A model generated the notes under the pieces. The model had not been told where the DNA came from. It searched no databases and saw only the letters and a program-made list of their open reading frames with translations. Shown here piece by piece: positions 12,101-25,864 of a DNA stretch of 64,000 nucleotides; position 1 is the stretch's first letter; every line of letters starts with the position of its first letter. Position numbers and translations under genes: made by a program. The DNA is from Nemertoderma westbladi. Lineage: Eukaryota > Animalia > Xenacoelomorpha. The stretch covers positions 10,662-74,661 of the forward strand of contig JAUCBJ010004605.1 in NCBI GenBank assembly GCA_032718475.1. Direction: 5' to 3'.

Positions 12101-15100
12101 TACACAGGTGAGTAGCGAACATTACACGAAACATACACAGGTGAGTAGAGAACATTACACGAAACATACACAGGTGAGTGGAGAACATTACACGAAACAT
12201 ACACAGGTGAGTAGAGAACATTACACGAAACATACACAGGTGAGTAGCGAACATTACACGAAACATACACAGGTGAGTAGAGAACATTACACGAAACATA
12301 CACAGGTGAGTGGAGAACATTACACGAAACATACACAGGTGAGTGGAGAACATTACACGAAACATACACAGGTGAGTAGAGAACATTACACGAAACATAC
12401 ACAGGTGAGTGGAGAACATTACACGAAACATACACAGGTGAGTAGCGAACGAGTGGAGAACATTACACGAAACATACACAGGTGAGTAGCGAACATTACA
12501 CGAAACATACACAGGTGAGTAGAGAACATTACACGAAACATACACAGGTGAGTGGAGAACATTACACGAAACATACACAGGTGAGTAGAGAACATTACAC
12601 GAAACATACACAGGTGAGTGGAGAACATTACACGAAACATACACAGGTGAGTGGAGAACATTACACGAAACATACACAGGTGAGTGGAGAACATTACACG
12701 AAACATACACAGGTGAGTGGAGAACATTACACGAAACATACACAGGTGAGTAGCGAACGAGTGGAGAACATTACACGAAACATACACAGGTGAGTAGCGA
12801 ACATTACACGAAACATACACAGGTGAGTGGAGAACATTACACGAAACATACACAGGTGAGTGGAGAACATTACACGAAACATACACAGGTGAGTAGAGAA
12901 CATTACACGAAACATACACAGGTGAGTGGAGAACATTACACGAAACATACACAGGTGAGTAGCGAACGAGTGGAGAACATTACACGAAACATACACAGGT
13001 GAGTAGCGAACATTACACGAAACATACACAGGTGAGTAGAGAACATTACACGAAACATACACAGGTGAGTGGAGAACATTACACGAAACATACACAGGTG
13101 AGTAGAGAACATTACACGAAACATACACAGGTGAGTGGAGAACATTACACGAAACATACACAGGTGAGTGGAGAACATTACACGAAACATACACAGGTGA
13201 GTGGAGAACATTACACGAAACATACACAGGTGAGTGGAGAACATTACACGAAACATACACAGGTGAGTAGCGAACGAGTGGAGAACATTACACGAAACAT
13301 ACACAGGTGAGTAGCGAACATTACACGAAACATACACAGGTGAGTGGAGAACATTACACGAAACATACACAGGTGAGTGGAGAACATTACACGAAACATA
13401 CACAGGTGAGTAGAGAACATTACACGAAACATACACAGGTGAGTGGAGAACATTACACGAAACATACACAGGTGAGTAGCGAACGAGTGGAGAACATTAC
13501 ACGAAACATACACAGGTGAGTAGCGAACATTACACGAAACATACACAGGTGAGTAGAGAACATTACACGAAACATACACAGGTGAGTGGAGAACATTACA
13601 CGAAACATACACAGGTGAGTAGAGAACATTACACGAAACATACACAGGTGAGTGGAGAACATTACACGAAACATACACAGGTGAGTGGAGAACATTACAC
13701 GAAACATACACAGGTGAGTGGAGAACATTACACGAAACATACACAGGTGAGTGGAGAACATTACACGAAACATACACAGGTGAGTAGCGAACGAGTGGAG
13801 AACATTACACGAAACATACACAGGTGAGTAGCGAACATTACACGAAACATACACAGGTGAGTGGAGAACATTACACGAAACATACACAGGTGAGTGGAGA
13901 ACATTACACGAAACATACACAGGTGAGTGGAGAACATTACACGAAACATACACAGGTGAGTGGAGAACATTACACGAAACATACACAGGTGAGTAGCGAA
14001 CGAGTGGAGAACATTACACGAAACATACACAGGTGAGTAGCGAACATTACACGAAACATACACAGGTGAGTGGAGAACATTACACGAAACATACACAGGT
14101 GAGTGGAGAACATTACACGAAACATACACAGGTGAGTGGAGAACATTACACGAAACATACACAGGTGAGTAGCGAACGAGTGGAGAACATTACACGAAAC
14201 ATACACAGGTGAGTAGCGAACGAGTAAAGAGAACATTACACGAAACATACACAGGTGAGTGGAGAACATTACACGAAACATACACAGGTGAGTAGCGAAC
14301 GAGTGGAGAACATTACACGAAACATACACAGGTGAGTAGCGAACGAGTGGAGAACATTACACGAAACATACACAGGTGAGTAGCGAACGAGTAAGAGAAC
14401 ATTACACGAAACATACACAGGTGAGTGGAGAACATTACACGAAACATACACAGGTGAGTAGCGAACGAGTGGAGAACATTACACGAAACATACACAGGTG
14501 AGTAGCGAACGAGTGGAGAACATTACACGAAACATACACAGGTGAGTAGCGAACGAGTGGAGAACATTACACGAAACATACACAGGTGAGTAGAGAACAT
14601 TACACGAAACATACACAGGTGAGTGGAGAACATTACACGAAACATACACAGGTGAGTAGCGAACATTACACGAAACATACACAGGTGAGTAGCGAACATT
14701 ACACGAAACATACACAGGTGAGTAGCGAACGAGTGGAGAACATTACACGAAACATACACAGGTGAGTGGAGAACATTACACGAAACATACACAGGTGAGT
14801 AGCGAACGAGTGGAGAACATTACACGAAACATACACAGGTGAGTAGCGAACGAGTGGAGAACATTACACGAAACATACACAGGTGAGTAGCGAACGAGTG
14901 GAGAACATTACACGAAACATACACAGGTGAGTAGAGAACATTACACGAAACATACACAGGTGAGTGGAGAACATTACACGAAACATACACAGGTGAGTGG
15001 AGAACATTACACGAAACATACACAGGTGAGTAGCGAACATTACACGAAACATACACAGGTGGGTGGAGAACATTACACGAAACATACACAGGTGAGTAGC

Positions 15101-18100
15101 GAACGAGTGGAGAACATTACACGAAACATACACAGGTGAGTAGAGAACATTACACGAAACATACACAGGTGAGTGGAGAACATTACACGAAACATACACA
15201 GGTGAGTAGCGAACGAGTGGAGAACATTACACGAAACATACACAGGTGAGTAGCGAACGAGTGGAGAACATTACACGAAACATACACAGGTGAGTAGCGA
15301 ACGAGTGGAGAACATTACACGAAACATACACAGGTGAGTAGAGAACATTACACGAAACATACACAGGTGAGTAGCGAACATTACACGAAACATACACAGG
15401 TGAGTAGCGAACATTACACGAAACATACACAGGTGAGTAGCGAACGAGTGGAGAACATTACACGAAACATACACAGGTGAGTAGCGAACGAGTGGAGAAC
15501 ATTACACGAAACATACACAGGTGAGTAGCGAACGAGTAGAGAACATTACACGAAACATACACAGGTGAGTGGAGAACATTACACGAAACATACACAGGTG
15601 AGTAGCGAACGAGTGGAGAACATTACACGAAACATACACAGGTGAGTAGCGAACGAGTGGAGAACATTACACGAAACATACACAGGTGAGTAGCGAACGA
15701 GTAGAGAACATTACACGAAACATACACAGGTGAGTGGAGAACATTACACGAAACATACACAGGTGAGTAGCGAACGAGTGGAGAACATTACACGAAACAT
15801 ACACAGGTGAGTAGCGAACGAGTGGAGAACATTACACGAAACATACACAGGTGAGTAGCGAACGAGTGGAGAACATTACACGAAACATACACAGGTGAGT
15901 AGAGAACATTACACGAAACATACACAGGTGAGTAGCGAACATTACACGAAACATACACAGGTGAGTAGCGAACATTACACGAAACATACACAGGTGAGTA
16001 GCGAACGAGTGGAGAACATTACACGAAACATACACAGGTGAGTAGCGAACGAGTGGAGAACATTACACGAAACATACACAGGTGAGTAGCGAACGAGTAG
16101 AGAACATTACACGAAACATACACAGGTGAGTGGAGAACATTACACGAAACATACACAGGTGAGTAGCGAACGAGTGGAGAACATTACACGAAACATACAC
16201 AGGTGAGTAGCGAACGAGTGGAGAACATTACACGAAACATACACAGGTGAGTAGCGAACGAGTAGAGAACATTACACGAAACATACACAGGTGAGTGGAG
16301 AACATTACACGAAACATACACAGGTGAGTAGCGAACGAGTGGAGAACATTACACGAAACATACACAGGTGAGTAGCGAACGAGTGGAGAACATTACACGA
16401 AACATACACAGGTGAGTAGCGAACGAGTGGAGAACATTACACGAAACATACACAGGTGAGTAGAGAACATTACACGAAACATACACAGGTGAGTGGAGAA
16501 CATTACACGAAACATACACAGGTGAGTAGCGAACATTACACGAAACATACACAGGTGAGTAGCGAACATTACACGAAACATACACAGGTGAGTAGCGAAC
16601 GAGTGGAGAACATTACACGAAACATACACAGGTGAGTAGAGAACATTACACGAAACATACACAGGTGAGTAGCGAACATTACACGAAACATACACAGGTG
16701 AGTAGCGAACATTACACGAAACATACACAGGTGAGTAGCGAACGAGTGGAGAACATTACACGAAACATACACAGGTGAGTAGCGAACATTACACGAAACA
16801 TACACAGGTGAGTAGCGAACGAGTGGAGAACATTACACGAAACATACACAGGTGAGTAGCGAACGTGTGGAGAACATTACACGAAACATACACAGGTGAG
16901 TAGCGAACATTACACGAAACATACACAGGTGAGTAGAGAACATTACACGAAACATACACAGGTGAGTGGAGAACATTACACGAAACATACACAGGTGAGT
17001 GGAGAACATTACACGAAACATACACAGGTGAGTAGCGAACGTGTGGAGAACATTACACGAAACATACACAGGTGAGTAGCGAACATTACACGAAACATAC
17101 ACAGGTGAGTAGAGAACATTACACGAAACATACACAGGTGAGTGGAGAACATTACACGAAACATACACAGGTGAGTGGAGAACATTACACGAAACATACA
17201 CAGGTGAGTAGCGAACATTACACGAAACATACACAGGTGGGTGGAGAACATTACACGAAACATACACAGGTGAGTAGCGAACGAGTGGAGAACATTACAC
17301 GAAACATACACAGGTGAGTAGAGAACATTACACGAAACATACACAGGTGAGTGGAGAACATTACACGAAACATACACAGGTGAGTAGCGAACATTACACG
17401 AAACATACACAGGTGAGTAGCGAACATTACACGAAACATACACAGGTGAGTAGCGAACGAGTGGAGAACATTACACGAAACATACACAGGTGAGTAGAGA
17501 ACATTACACGAAACATACACAGGTGAGTAGCGAACATTACACGAAACATACACAGGTGAGTAGCGAACATTACACGAAACATACACAGGTGAGTAGCGAA
17601 CGAGTGGAGAACATTACACGAAACATACACAGGTGAGTAGCGAACATTACACGAAACATACACAGGTGAGTAGCGAACGAGTGGAGAACATTACACGAAA
17701 CATACACAGGTGAGTAGCGAACGTGTGGAGAACATTACACGAAACATACACAGGTGAGTAGCGAACATTACACGAAACATACACAGGTGAGTAGAGAACA
17801 TTACACGAAACATACACAGGTGAGTGGAGAACATTACACGAAACATACACAGGTGAGTGGAGAACATTACACGAAACATACACAGGTGAGTAGCGAACAT
17901 TACACGAAACATACACAGGTGGGTGGAGAACATTACACGAAACATACACAGGTGAGTAGCGAACGAGTGGAGAACATTACACGAAACATACACAGGTGAG
18001 TAGCGAACGAGTGGAGAACATTACACGAAACATACACAGGTGAGTAGAGAACATTACACGAAACATACACAGGTGAGTAGCGAACATTACACGAAACATA

Positions 18101-20555
18101 CACAGGTGAGTAGCGAACGAGTGGAGAACATTACACGAAACATACACAGGTGAGTAGAGAACATTACACGAAACATACACAGGTGAGTAGAGAACATTAC
18201 ACGAAACATACACAGGTGAGTAGAGAACATTACACGAAACATACACAGGTGAGTAGAGAACATTACACGAAACATACACAGGTGAGTAGAGAACATTACA
18301 CGAAACATACACAGGTGAGTAGAGAACATTACACGAAACATACACAGGTGAGTAGCGAACATTACACGAAACATACACAGGTGAGTAGAGAACATTACAC
18401 GAAACATACACAGGTGAGTAGAGAACATTACACGAAACATACACAGGTGAGTAGCGAACATTACACGAAACATACACAGGTGAGTAGAGAACATTACACG
18501 AAACATACACAGGTGAGTAGCGAACGAGTGGAGAACATTACACGAAACATACACAGGTGAGTAGAGAACATTACACGAAACATACACAGGTGAGTAGAGA
18601 ACATTACACGAAACATACACAGGTGAGTAGCGAACATTACACGAAACATACACAGGTGAGTAGAGAACATTACACGAAACATACACAGGTGAGTAGAGAA
18701 CATTACACGAAACATACACAGGTGAGTAGCGAACATTACACGAAACATACACAGGTGAGTAGAGAACATTACACGAAACATACACAGGTGAGTAGCGAAC
18801 GAGTGGAGAACATTACACGAAACATACACAGGTGAGTAGAGAACATTACACGAAACATACACAGGTGAGTAGCGAACATTACACGAAACATACACAGGTG
18901 AGTAGCGAACGAGTGGAGAACATTACACGAAACATACACAGGTGAGTAGAGAACATTACACGAAACATACACAGGTGAGTAGAGAACATTACACGAAACA
19001 TACACAGGTGAGTGGAGAACATTACACGAAACATACACAGGTGAGTAGAGAACATTACACGAAACATACACAGGTGAGTAGCGAACATTACACGAAACAT
19101 ACACAGGTGAGTGGAGAACATTACACGAAACATACACAGGTGAGTGGAGAACATTACACGAAACATACACAGGTGAGTAGCGAACATTACACGAAACATA
19201 CACAGGTGAGTAGCGAACATTACACGAAACATACACAGGTGAGTAGCGAACATTACACGAAACATACACAGGTGAGTAGAGAACATTACACGAAACATAC
19301 ACAGGTGAGTAGAGAACATTACACGAAACATACACAGGTGAGTGGAGAACATTACACGAAACATACACAGGTGAGTGGAGAACATTACACGAAACATACA
19401 CAGGTGAGTAGAGAACATTACACGAAACATACACAGGTGAGTAGCGAACGAGTGGAGAACATTACACGAAACATACACAGGTGAGTAGAGAACATTACAC
19501 GAAACATACACAGGTGAGTAGCGAACGAGTGGAGAACATTACACGAAACATACACAGGTGAGTAGCGAACGAGTGGAGAACATTACACGAAACATACACA
19601 GGTGAGTAGAGAACGAGTAGAGAACATTACACGAAACATACACAGGTGAGTAGAGAACGAGTAGAGAACATTACACGAAACATACACAGGTGAGTAGCGA
19701 ACATTACACGAAACATACACAGGTGAGTAGCGAACATTACACGAAACATACACAGGTGAGTAGAGAACATTACACGAAACATACACAGGTGAGTGGAGAA
19801 CATTACACGAAACATACACAGGTGAGTAGAGAACATTACACGAAACATACACAGGTGAGTAGCGAACGAGTGGAGAACATTACACGAAACATACACAGGT
19901 GAGTAGAGAACATTACACGAAACATACACAGGTGAGTAGCGAACGAGTGGAGAACATTACACGAAACATACACAGGTGAGTAGCGAACGAGTGGAGAACA
20001 TTACACGAAACATACACAGGTGAGTAGAGAACGAGTAGAGAACATTACACGAAACATACACAGGTGAGTAGAGAACGAGTAGAGAACATTACACGAAACA
20101 TACACAGGTGAGTAGCGAACATTACACGAAACATACACAGGTGAGTAGCGAACATTACACGAAACATACACAGGTGAGTAGAGAACATTACACGAAACAT
20201 ACACAGGTGAGTGGAGAACATTACACGAAACATACACAGGTGAGTAGAGAACATTACACGAAACATACACAGGTGAGTAGAGAACATTACACGAAACATA
20301 CACAGGTGAGTAGAGAACATTACACGAAACATACACAGGTGAGTAGAGAACATTACACGAAACATACACAGGTGAGTAGAGAACATTACACGAAACATAC
20401 ACAGGTGAGTAGAGAACATTACACGAAACATACACAGGTGAGTAGAGAACATTACACGAAACATACACAGGTGAGTAGAGAACATTACACGAAACATACA
20501 CAGGTGAGTAGAGAACATTACACGAAACATACACAGGTGAGTAGCGAACGAGTAA
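9169..20555 (+). repeat. 11.4-kb tandem array of 33/44-bp units derived from the exon 9 / intron 9 junction
   Basis: Unit GGAGAACATTACACGAAACATACACAG|GTGAGT, with or without AGCGAACGAGT. Roughly 300 near-identical copies with higher-order periodicities. Confidence 0.98.
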
Positions 20556-20712
20556 AGATATAAAATTTATCATACAGTACATCAGCAAACAGTTCATACG
20601 AATACAGTCTTACCTTAAGTAAATAATATATTATTTAAAACAACAATGATACACACTTCAGGCTCTTCGGTTGTGAACCTTATAAGATTGTCGCTTGAAT
20701 TTTTTTCACCAG

Positions 20713-20903
20713 GGCCAAATGGACGACCAGGGGTTTGGCAACGGTTGGCAATGCATCAAGGGTATTCGCATCTGTTCTTACAAGAATTGCTCGGTAACAA
20801 TGAAACGACATTACCATTGTACGAAGCAAGGCTGTTATTACACTACTGTTAATCTCAGAATGTTTCCTGCGCACGTAAGGCGTCATCTTTCAAGCGAGAT
20901 ACG
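20713..20903 (+). CDS. CASZ1: Castor-like exon 10 (zinc finger)
   Basis: ttttttcaccag| ... CG|GTGAGT. Encodes ICSYKNCSVTMKRHYHCTKQGC..HVRRH. Phase 0/2. Confidence 0.9.
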
Positions 20904-21023
20904 GTGAGTAAGATTCCTCTCGCTCTCAATATAATTGAACTCCAGAACCAAATAGAACTACATAAAATCACAGACAATGTCAAATTTGTGTGTCTTTAAA
21001 AAAAATTAATCTTTTGTCCGCAG

Positions 21024-21170
21024 TTGTTTGTCCGGGTTTGAGCATTTCCCGAAGAAAGTTGATTGTCAACGCCAGGGATGTATTTACAACAGAATCTCGG
21101 CTCATTACCATTGCACAAGAAGTGATTGCAAATTCTCATTTCAATTCTATGGGCAGATGGATACCCACAG
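21024..21170 (+). CDS. CASZ1: Castor-like exon 11 (zinc finger)
   Basis: ccgcag| ... AG|GTAAAC. Encodes GFEHFPKKVDCQRQGCIYNRISAHYHCTRSDCKFSFQFYGQMDTH. Phase 2/2. Confidence 0.9.
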
Positions 21171-21217
21171 GTAAACAATAAACTCTTAATACTGGTTGAT
21201 TATTTCAGTGACGTTTG

Positions 21218-21327
21218 TTTATGTTGTGGGGCGAGCCACGAAGTTGGCGGAGCCTTAGCGAATTGACACTGTTAGGGGGTGGGTCAATTTATGCAAATAG
21301 TTGTCGTCGTCGTCGTCGTCGTCGTTG

Positions 21328-21359
<32 letters not shown>

Positions 21360-23126
21360 GTCGTTACGATTTTGACATGCTAATAACTTTGTCGGATTTA
21401 AAGCTGCCAAGTTGAAAATTTGTAGGTATCAATATGAGCAAAAGTTGAGATTTTTGAGAGACTTTCAGACACCATCAGTGCAATGGTCTCCCGCTAGAGG
21501 GCCACATGTCTAAACATTAAATGCCCTCCCATTTCTTTGCTTTTAATCCGTTTAAGCTGAAACTTGGCAGATATGTATTAGACCATTAGCTGTGACTTTC
21601 AAAGGAGGCGAATCCATCTGCAGTTCTCCAGTCTGCCGCTAGAGGGCCAAAGGTCTGAAAGTGAAATCGTTGTCGTCGTTACGATTTTGACATGCTAATA
21701 ACTTTGTCGGATTTAAAGCTGCCAAGTTGAAAATTTGTAGGTATCAATATGAGCAAAAGTTGAGATTTTTGAGAGACTTTCAGACACCATCAGTGCAATG
21801 GTCTCCCGCTAGAGGGCCACATGTCTAAACATTAAATGGCCACCCATTTCTTTGCTTTTAATCCGTTTAAGCTGAAACTTGGGAAGTATGTACTAGACCA
21901 TTAGCTGTAAATTTCAAAGGAGGCTAATCTGTCTGCAGTTCTCCAGTCTGCCGCTAGAGGGCGAAATGTCCCGAATGTGAAATTATTCTTCCATTTAGTT
22001 GTTTATGATGTGATTACGCTGAAACTTGTCATATATGTACTAGATGACATCCTGAGTCTTTGTGTGGATTGTAATCGGTCCGAAGTTTTCCAGTCTGCCG
22101 GTAGAGGGCCACATGTCTAAACATTAAATGGCCACCCATTTCTTTGCTTTTAATCCGTTTAAGCTGAAACTTGGGAAGTATGTACTAGACCATTAGCTGT
22201 AAATTTCAAAGGAGGCTAATCTGTCTGCAGCTCTCCAGTCTGCCGCTAGAGGGCGAAATGTCCCGAATGTGAAATTATTCTTCCATTTAGTTGTTTATGA
22301 TCTGATTACGCTGAAACTTGTCATATATGTACTAGATGACATCCTGAGTCTTTGTGTGGATTGTAATCGGTCCGAAGTTTTCCAGTCTGCCGGTAGAGGG
22401 CCACATGTCTAAACATTAAATGGCCACCCATTTCTTTGCTTTTAATCCGTTTAAGCTGAAACTTGGGAAGTATGTACTAGACCATTAGCTGTAAATTTCA
22501 AAGGAGGCTAATCTGTCTGCAGTTCTCCAGTCTGCCGCTAGAGGGCAAAATGTCCCGAAAGTGAAATTAATCTCCCATTTAGTTATTTATGATCTGATCA
22601 AGCTGAAACTTGTCATATATGTACTACTGTAGAAGACATCCTAAGTCTTTGTGTGGACAGTAATCGGTCCGGAGTTTTCGAGTCTGCCGCTAGAGGGCGA
22701 AATGTAGGAAAGGAATAACCTTCGCGAATTCCTTGATCTTAATCTATTTAAGCTGAATTTTGGAATATACAGTACCGGTATGTACTAGACCACATGCCTC
22801 GTCTTTGTGAGGAAGGTGATCGATCCGTAGTTCTTTAATATGCCGCTAGAGGGCTAAATGTATGAAAGTGAAAACCTTCCAACATTTCGTTATTTATGAT
22901 CCGTCAATCGGAAACTTGGTAGATATGTAATAGACCATAGGCTGTGGCTTTGTAGGGAAACTAATCCTTCCTTCTTCAGTTACCCAGTCTCCCGCTAGAG
23001 GGTTAACGTTTTCCGGGAAAATCTTCTCCTATGTTTTTATAATCCTTTCGAGTTGATACTTAGCATTAACTCATTTCACGTGCTGCGCGAAGGCCCCACT
23101 TCGTGTATTATAATACATACTTTTTT
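21218..23126 (+). mobile_element. Non-autonomous Helentron-type element (HINE/DINE-1-like) with internal ~146/292-bp tandem repeats
   Basis: T-rich start, subterminal GTGGGGC...GCCCCAC inverted repeat, (GTC)n microsatellite at 21302-21365, central tandem repeats, 3' hairpin gtgtattataatacatac and T-run. A similar head recurs inverted at about 63762-63786. Confidence 0.7.
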
Positions 23127-23277
23127 ACTTACAGAACTGTAAATAAAATCCATTAAATATAATCGTCGATGTTCGTATTATTTTGGTTTCAGATTGTCCC
23201 ACGTTGTCTGAGATTGAGACTTTTGGGGGGCGAGCCAAATTTATGATTTACTATATGATTGATTGACTTTTTTTCAG

Positions 23278-25864
23278 CCGAAAGCACGCAAGAAAGTCGA
23301 CTAGTAGTGCCCAAAGGGAAGGAGATGCTACCTCGAGTAATGCAACTATTAGTGGAGGATTTATTGAGAACTTGGGGGATCCAGAAACAGATGCAATAGA
23401 CCTGAGCGAAGAAGGACCGACAACCGGCAGTCTGCCAGCGGCAGAGTCTAGAGTGTCAATCGCGGAATCAGTCCCAATGAACAATACGTTTAACGAACCG
23501 GGAAGCGAATCGACACTGTTTCCTTTCAGTTGGACGATACCAGGTGTGATTCCGCCGGCGGGAGAGCAACCTCTACCGAGTGTAGTGCAGTTGGCTACTC
23601 TGGGAGTCCCGGATCATGGACGCAGTGTGGGAGCAGATGTCGCGCGCAGTGTGGGAGCAGATATCGGACGCAGTGTGGGAGGAGATATCGGACGCAGTGT
23701 GGGAAGAGATATCGGACGCAGTGTGGGAGGAGATATCGGACGAGGAGATATCGGACGCAGTGTGGGAGGAGATATCGGACGAGGAGATATCGGACGAGGA
23801 GATATCGGACGCAGTGTGGGAGGAGATATCGGACGAGGAGATATCGGACGCAGTGTGGGAGGAGATATCGGACGCAGTGTGGGAGGAGATATCGGACGCA
23901 GTGTGGGAAGAGATATCGGACGCAGTGTGGGAGGAGATATCGGACGCAGTGTGGGAGGAGATATCGGACGCAGTGTGGGAGGAGATATCGGACGAGGAGA
24001 TATCGGACGCAGTGTGGGAGGAGATATCGGACGAGGAGATATCGGACGCAGTGTGGGAGGAGATATCGGACGCAGTGTGGGAGGAGATATCGGACGAGGA
24101 GATATCGGACGCAGTGTGGGAGGAGATATCGGACGCAGTGTGGGAGGAGATATCGGACGCAGTGTGGGAGGAGATATCGGACGCAGTGTGGGAGGAGATA
24201 TCGGACGAGGAGATATCGGACGCAGTGTGGGAGGAGATATCGGACGCAGTGTGGGAGGAGATATCGGACGAGGAGATATCGGACGCAGTGTGGGAGGAGA
24301 TATCGGACGCAGTGTGGGAGGAGATATCGGACGAGGAGATATCGGACGCAGTGTGGGAGGAGATATCGGACGCAGTGTGGGAGGTGATATCGGACGAGGA
24401 GATATCGGACGAGGAGATATCGGACGAGGAGATATCGGACGCAGTGTGGGAGGAGATATCGGACGCAGTGTGGGAGGTGATATCGGACGAGGAGATATCG
24501 GACGAGGAGATATCGGACGAGGAGATATCGGACGCAGTGTGGGAGGAGATATCGGACGAGGAGATATCGGACGCAGTGTGGGAGGAGATATCGGACGCAG
24601 TGTGGGAGCAGATTTACCCGGATGTAGTGTGAAGACACCAAACACAGGAATTATGTTGAGTGGCACCGGCTTCAGTTACAATAACAGCCAATACGTAACT
24701 GGAATTAGTAATCTTTCTTCGAAAATTGAAAATGCCGGTCATCCTTTACGAAAATCAGTCACACAAGTTTATCATTCTAACCTATCTGTCAATCATAACA
24801 ATCTACCGACCAACCTATCTGTAAAACCAAGCAACTTTCCGACCAACCTATTTGTCAAACCTAGCAATTTTCCGACCAACCTATCTGTAAAACCTAACAG
24901 TCTCCCGACCAACCTAACTATCAAAGACAATCTTCCGACCAACCTATCTGTAAAACCTAACAATCTCCCGACCAACCTAACTATCAAAGACAATCTACCG
25001 ACCAACCTAACTATCAAAGACAATCTCCCGACCAACCTAACTGTCGAACCTAGCAATCTACCGACCAACCTAACTGTCGAACCTAGCAATCTACCGACCA
25101 ACCTAACTATCAAAGACAATCTCCCGACCAACCTAACTATCAAAGACAATCTACCGACCAACCTAACTATCAAAGACAATCTACCGACCACCCTAACTAT
25201 CAAAGACAATCTACCGACCACCCTAACTATCAAAGACAATTTACCGACCAACCTAACTGTCAAACCTAGCAATCTACCGACCAACCTAACTTTGTTCAAA
25301 CCGAACAATCTAATGACGTCAATATCATCATATACATTAAATAACAATAACAATTGGGACTTTTCATTGGCAAATAATACAGAGAGTGATAAAAGACCAC
25401 TGGACAAGGAGGAGGTTCCTCTAGATCTTACAGAAGTTTGTCAAACGAAACCGATAAAACGCCTCAAGATTCAAAACGATATGGGAATCGCTAAAGTTGC
25501 TCATAAAAGGGAAGATATTGTCGGGTCAAGTGATCACAAAACGGGAAATTTAACTTTCAAGCAAAGGGAAGACCTGCATAATTACGAGAAACGATTCTTT
25601 TACTTCCTTCAATACGTCAAAGACAAAGCGTTGGAGGCGGCAGTTAGAGGCATAAGTAGTGACAGTAAAATCACCAGCAAAGCAGATAAATTGATAGCAG
25701 ATGGTGTCCCTAATGGTTCCCAGTCTACTACTGATGGCACAGGACTGACAGGTACTCAACAACTAACAAACTCTCGCGAGAAATCGCAACGATTAGTTGA
25801 GACTGGGGATAACAACGATCCTTGTAAATCATCGACCGACTCTGGCAGTAATACAAGATATTAA
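23278..25864 (+). CDS. CASZ1: Castor-like terminal exon 12 (end of last finger, repetitive low-complexity tail)
   Basis: tttttttcag| phase 2 completes H-S-R-K-H. In frame with ORF 23372-25864. Contains AIDLS, PLDLT and PTNLS/T motifs. Confidence 0.8.
23617..24612 (+). repeat. Coding 24/15-bp minisatellite (RSVGGDIG / RGDIG)
   Basis: About 1 kb of mixed ggacgcagtgtgggaggagatatc and ggacgaggagatatc units. Confidence 0.95.
24778..25290 (+). repeat. Coding 30/33-bp minisatellite (LPTNLSVKPSN / LPTNLTIKDN)
   Basis: About 16 in-frame units seen directly. Confidence 0.9.

Larger units (their letters stand above)
1429..25864 (+). other. CASZ1: Castor/CASZ1-like zinc-finger transcription factor gene (12 predicted coding exons)
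   Basis: Exons join through GT-AG introns with matching phases. The spliced product contains [84 protein letters not shown] and NHFHC..HKRKHER, matching recalled CASZ1/castor finger sequence. About seven castor-type fingers. Confidence 0.9.

Noticed and set aside
9169-20555. CRISPR array
   Set aside because: There are no unique spacers and no cas genes. The context is a eukaryotic intron, and the unit derives from a splice junction.
9276-20597. Dozens of ORFs (MYVSCNV..., MSREHYTK...) as genes
   Set aside because: They are translations of the tandem array.
23530-24666. Alternative-frame ORFs over the 24/15-bp repeat
   Set aside because: They are open only because the units lack stops. Only the 23372 frame connects to the spliced zinc finger.
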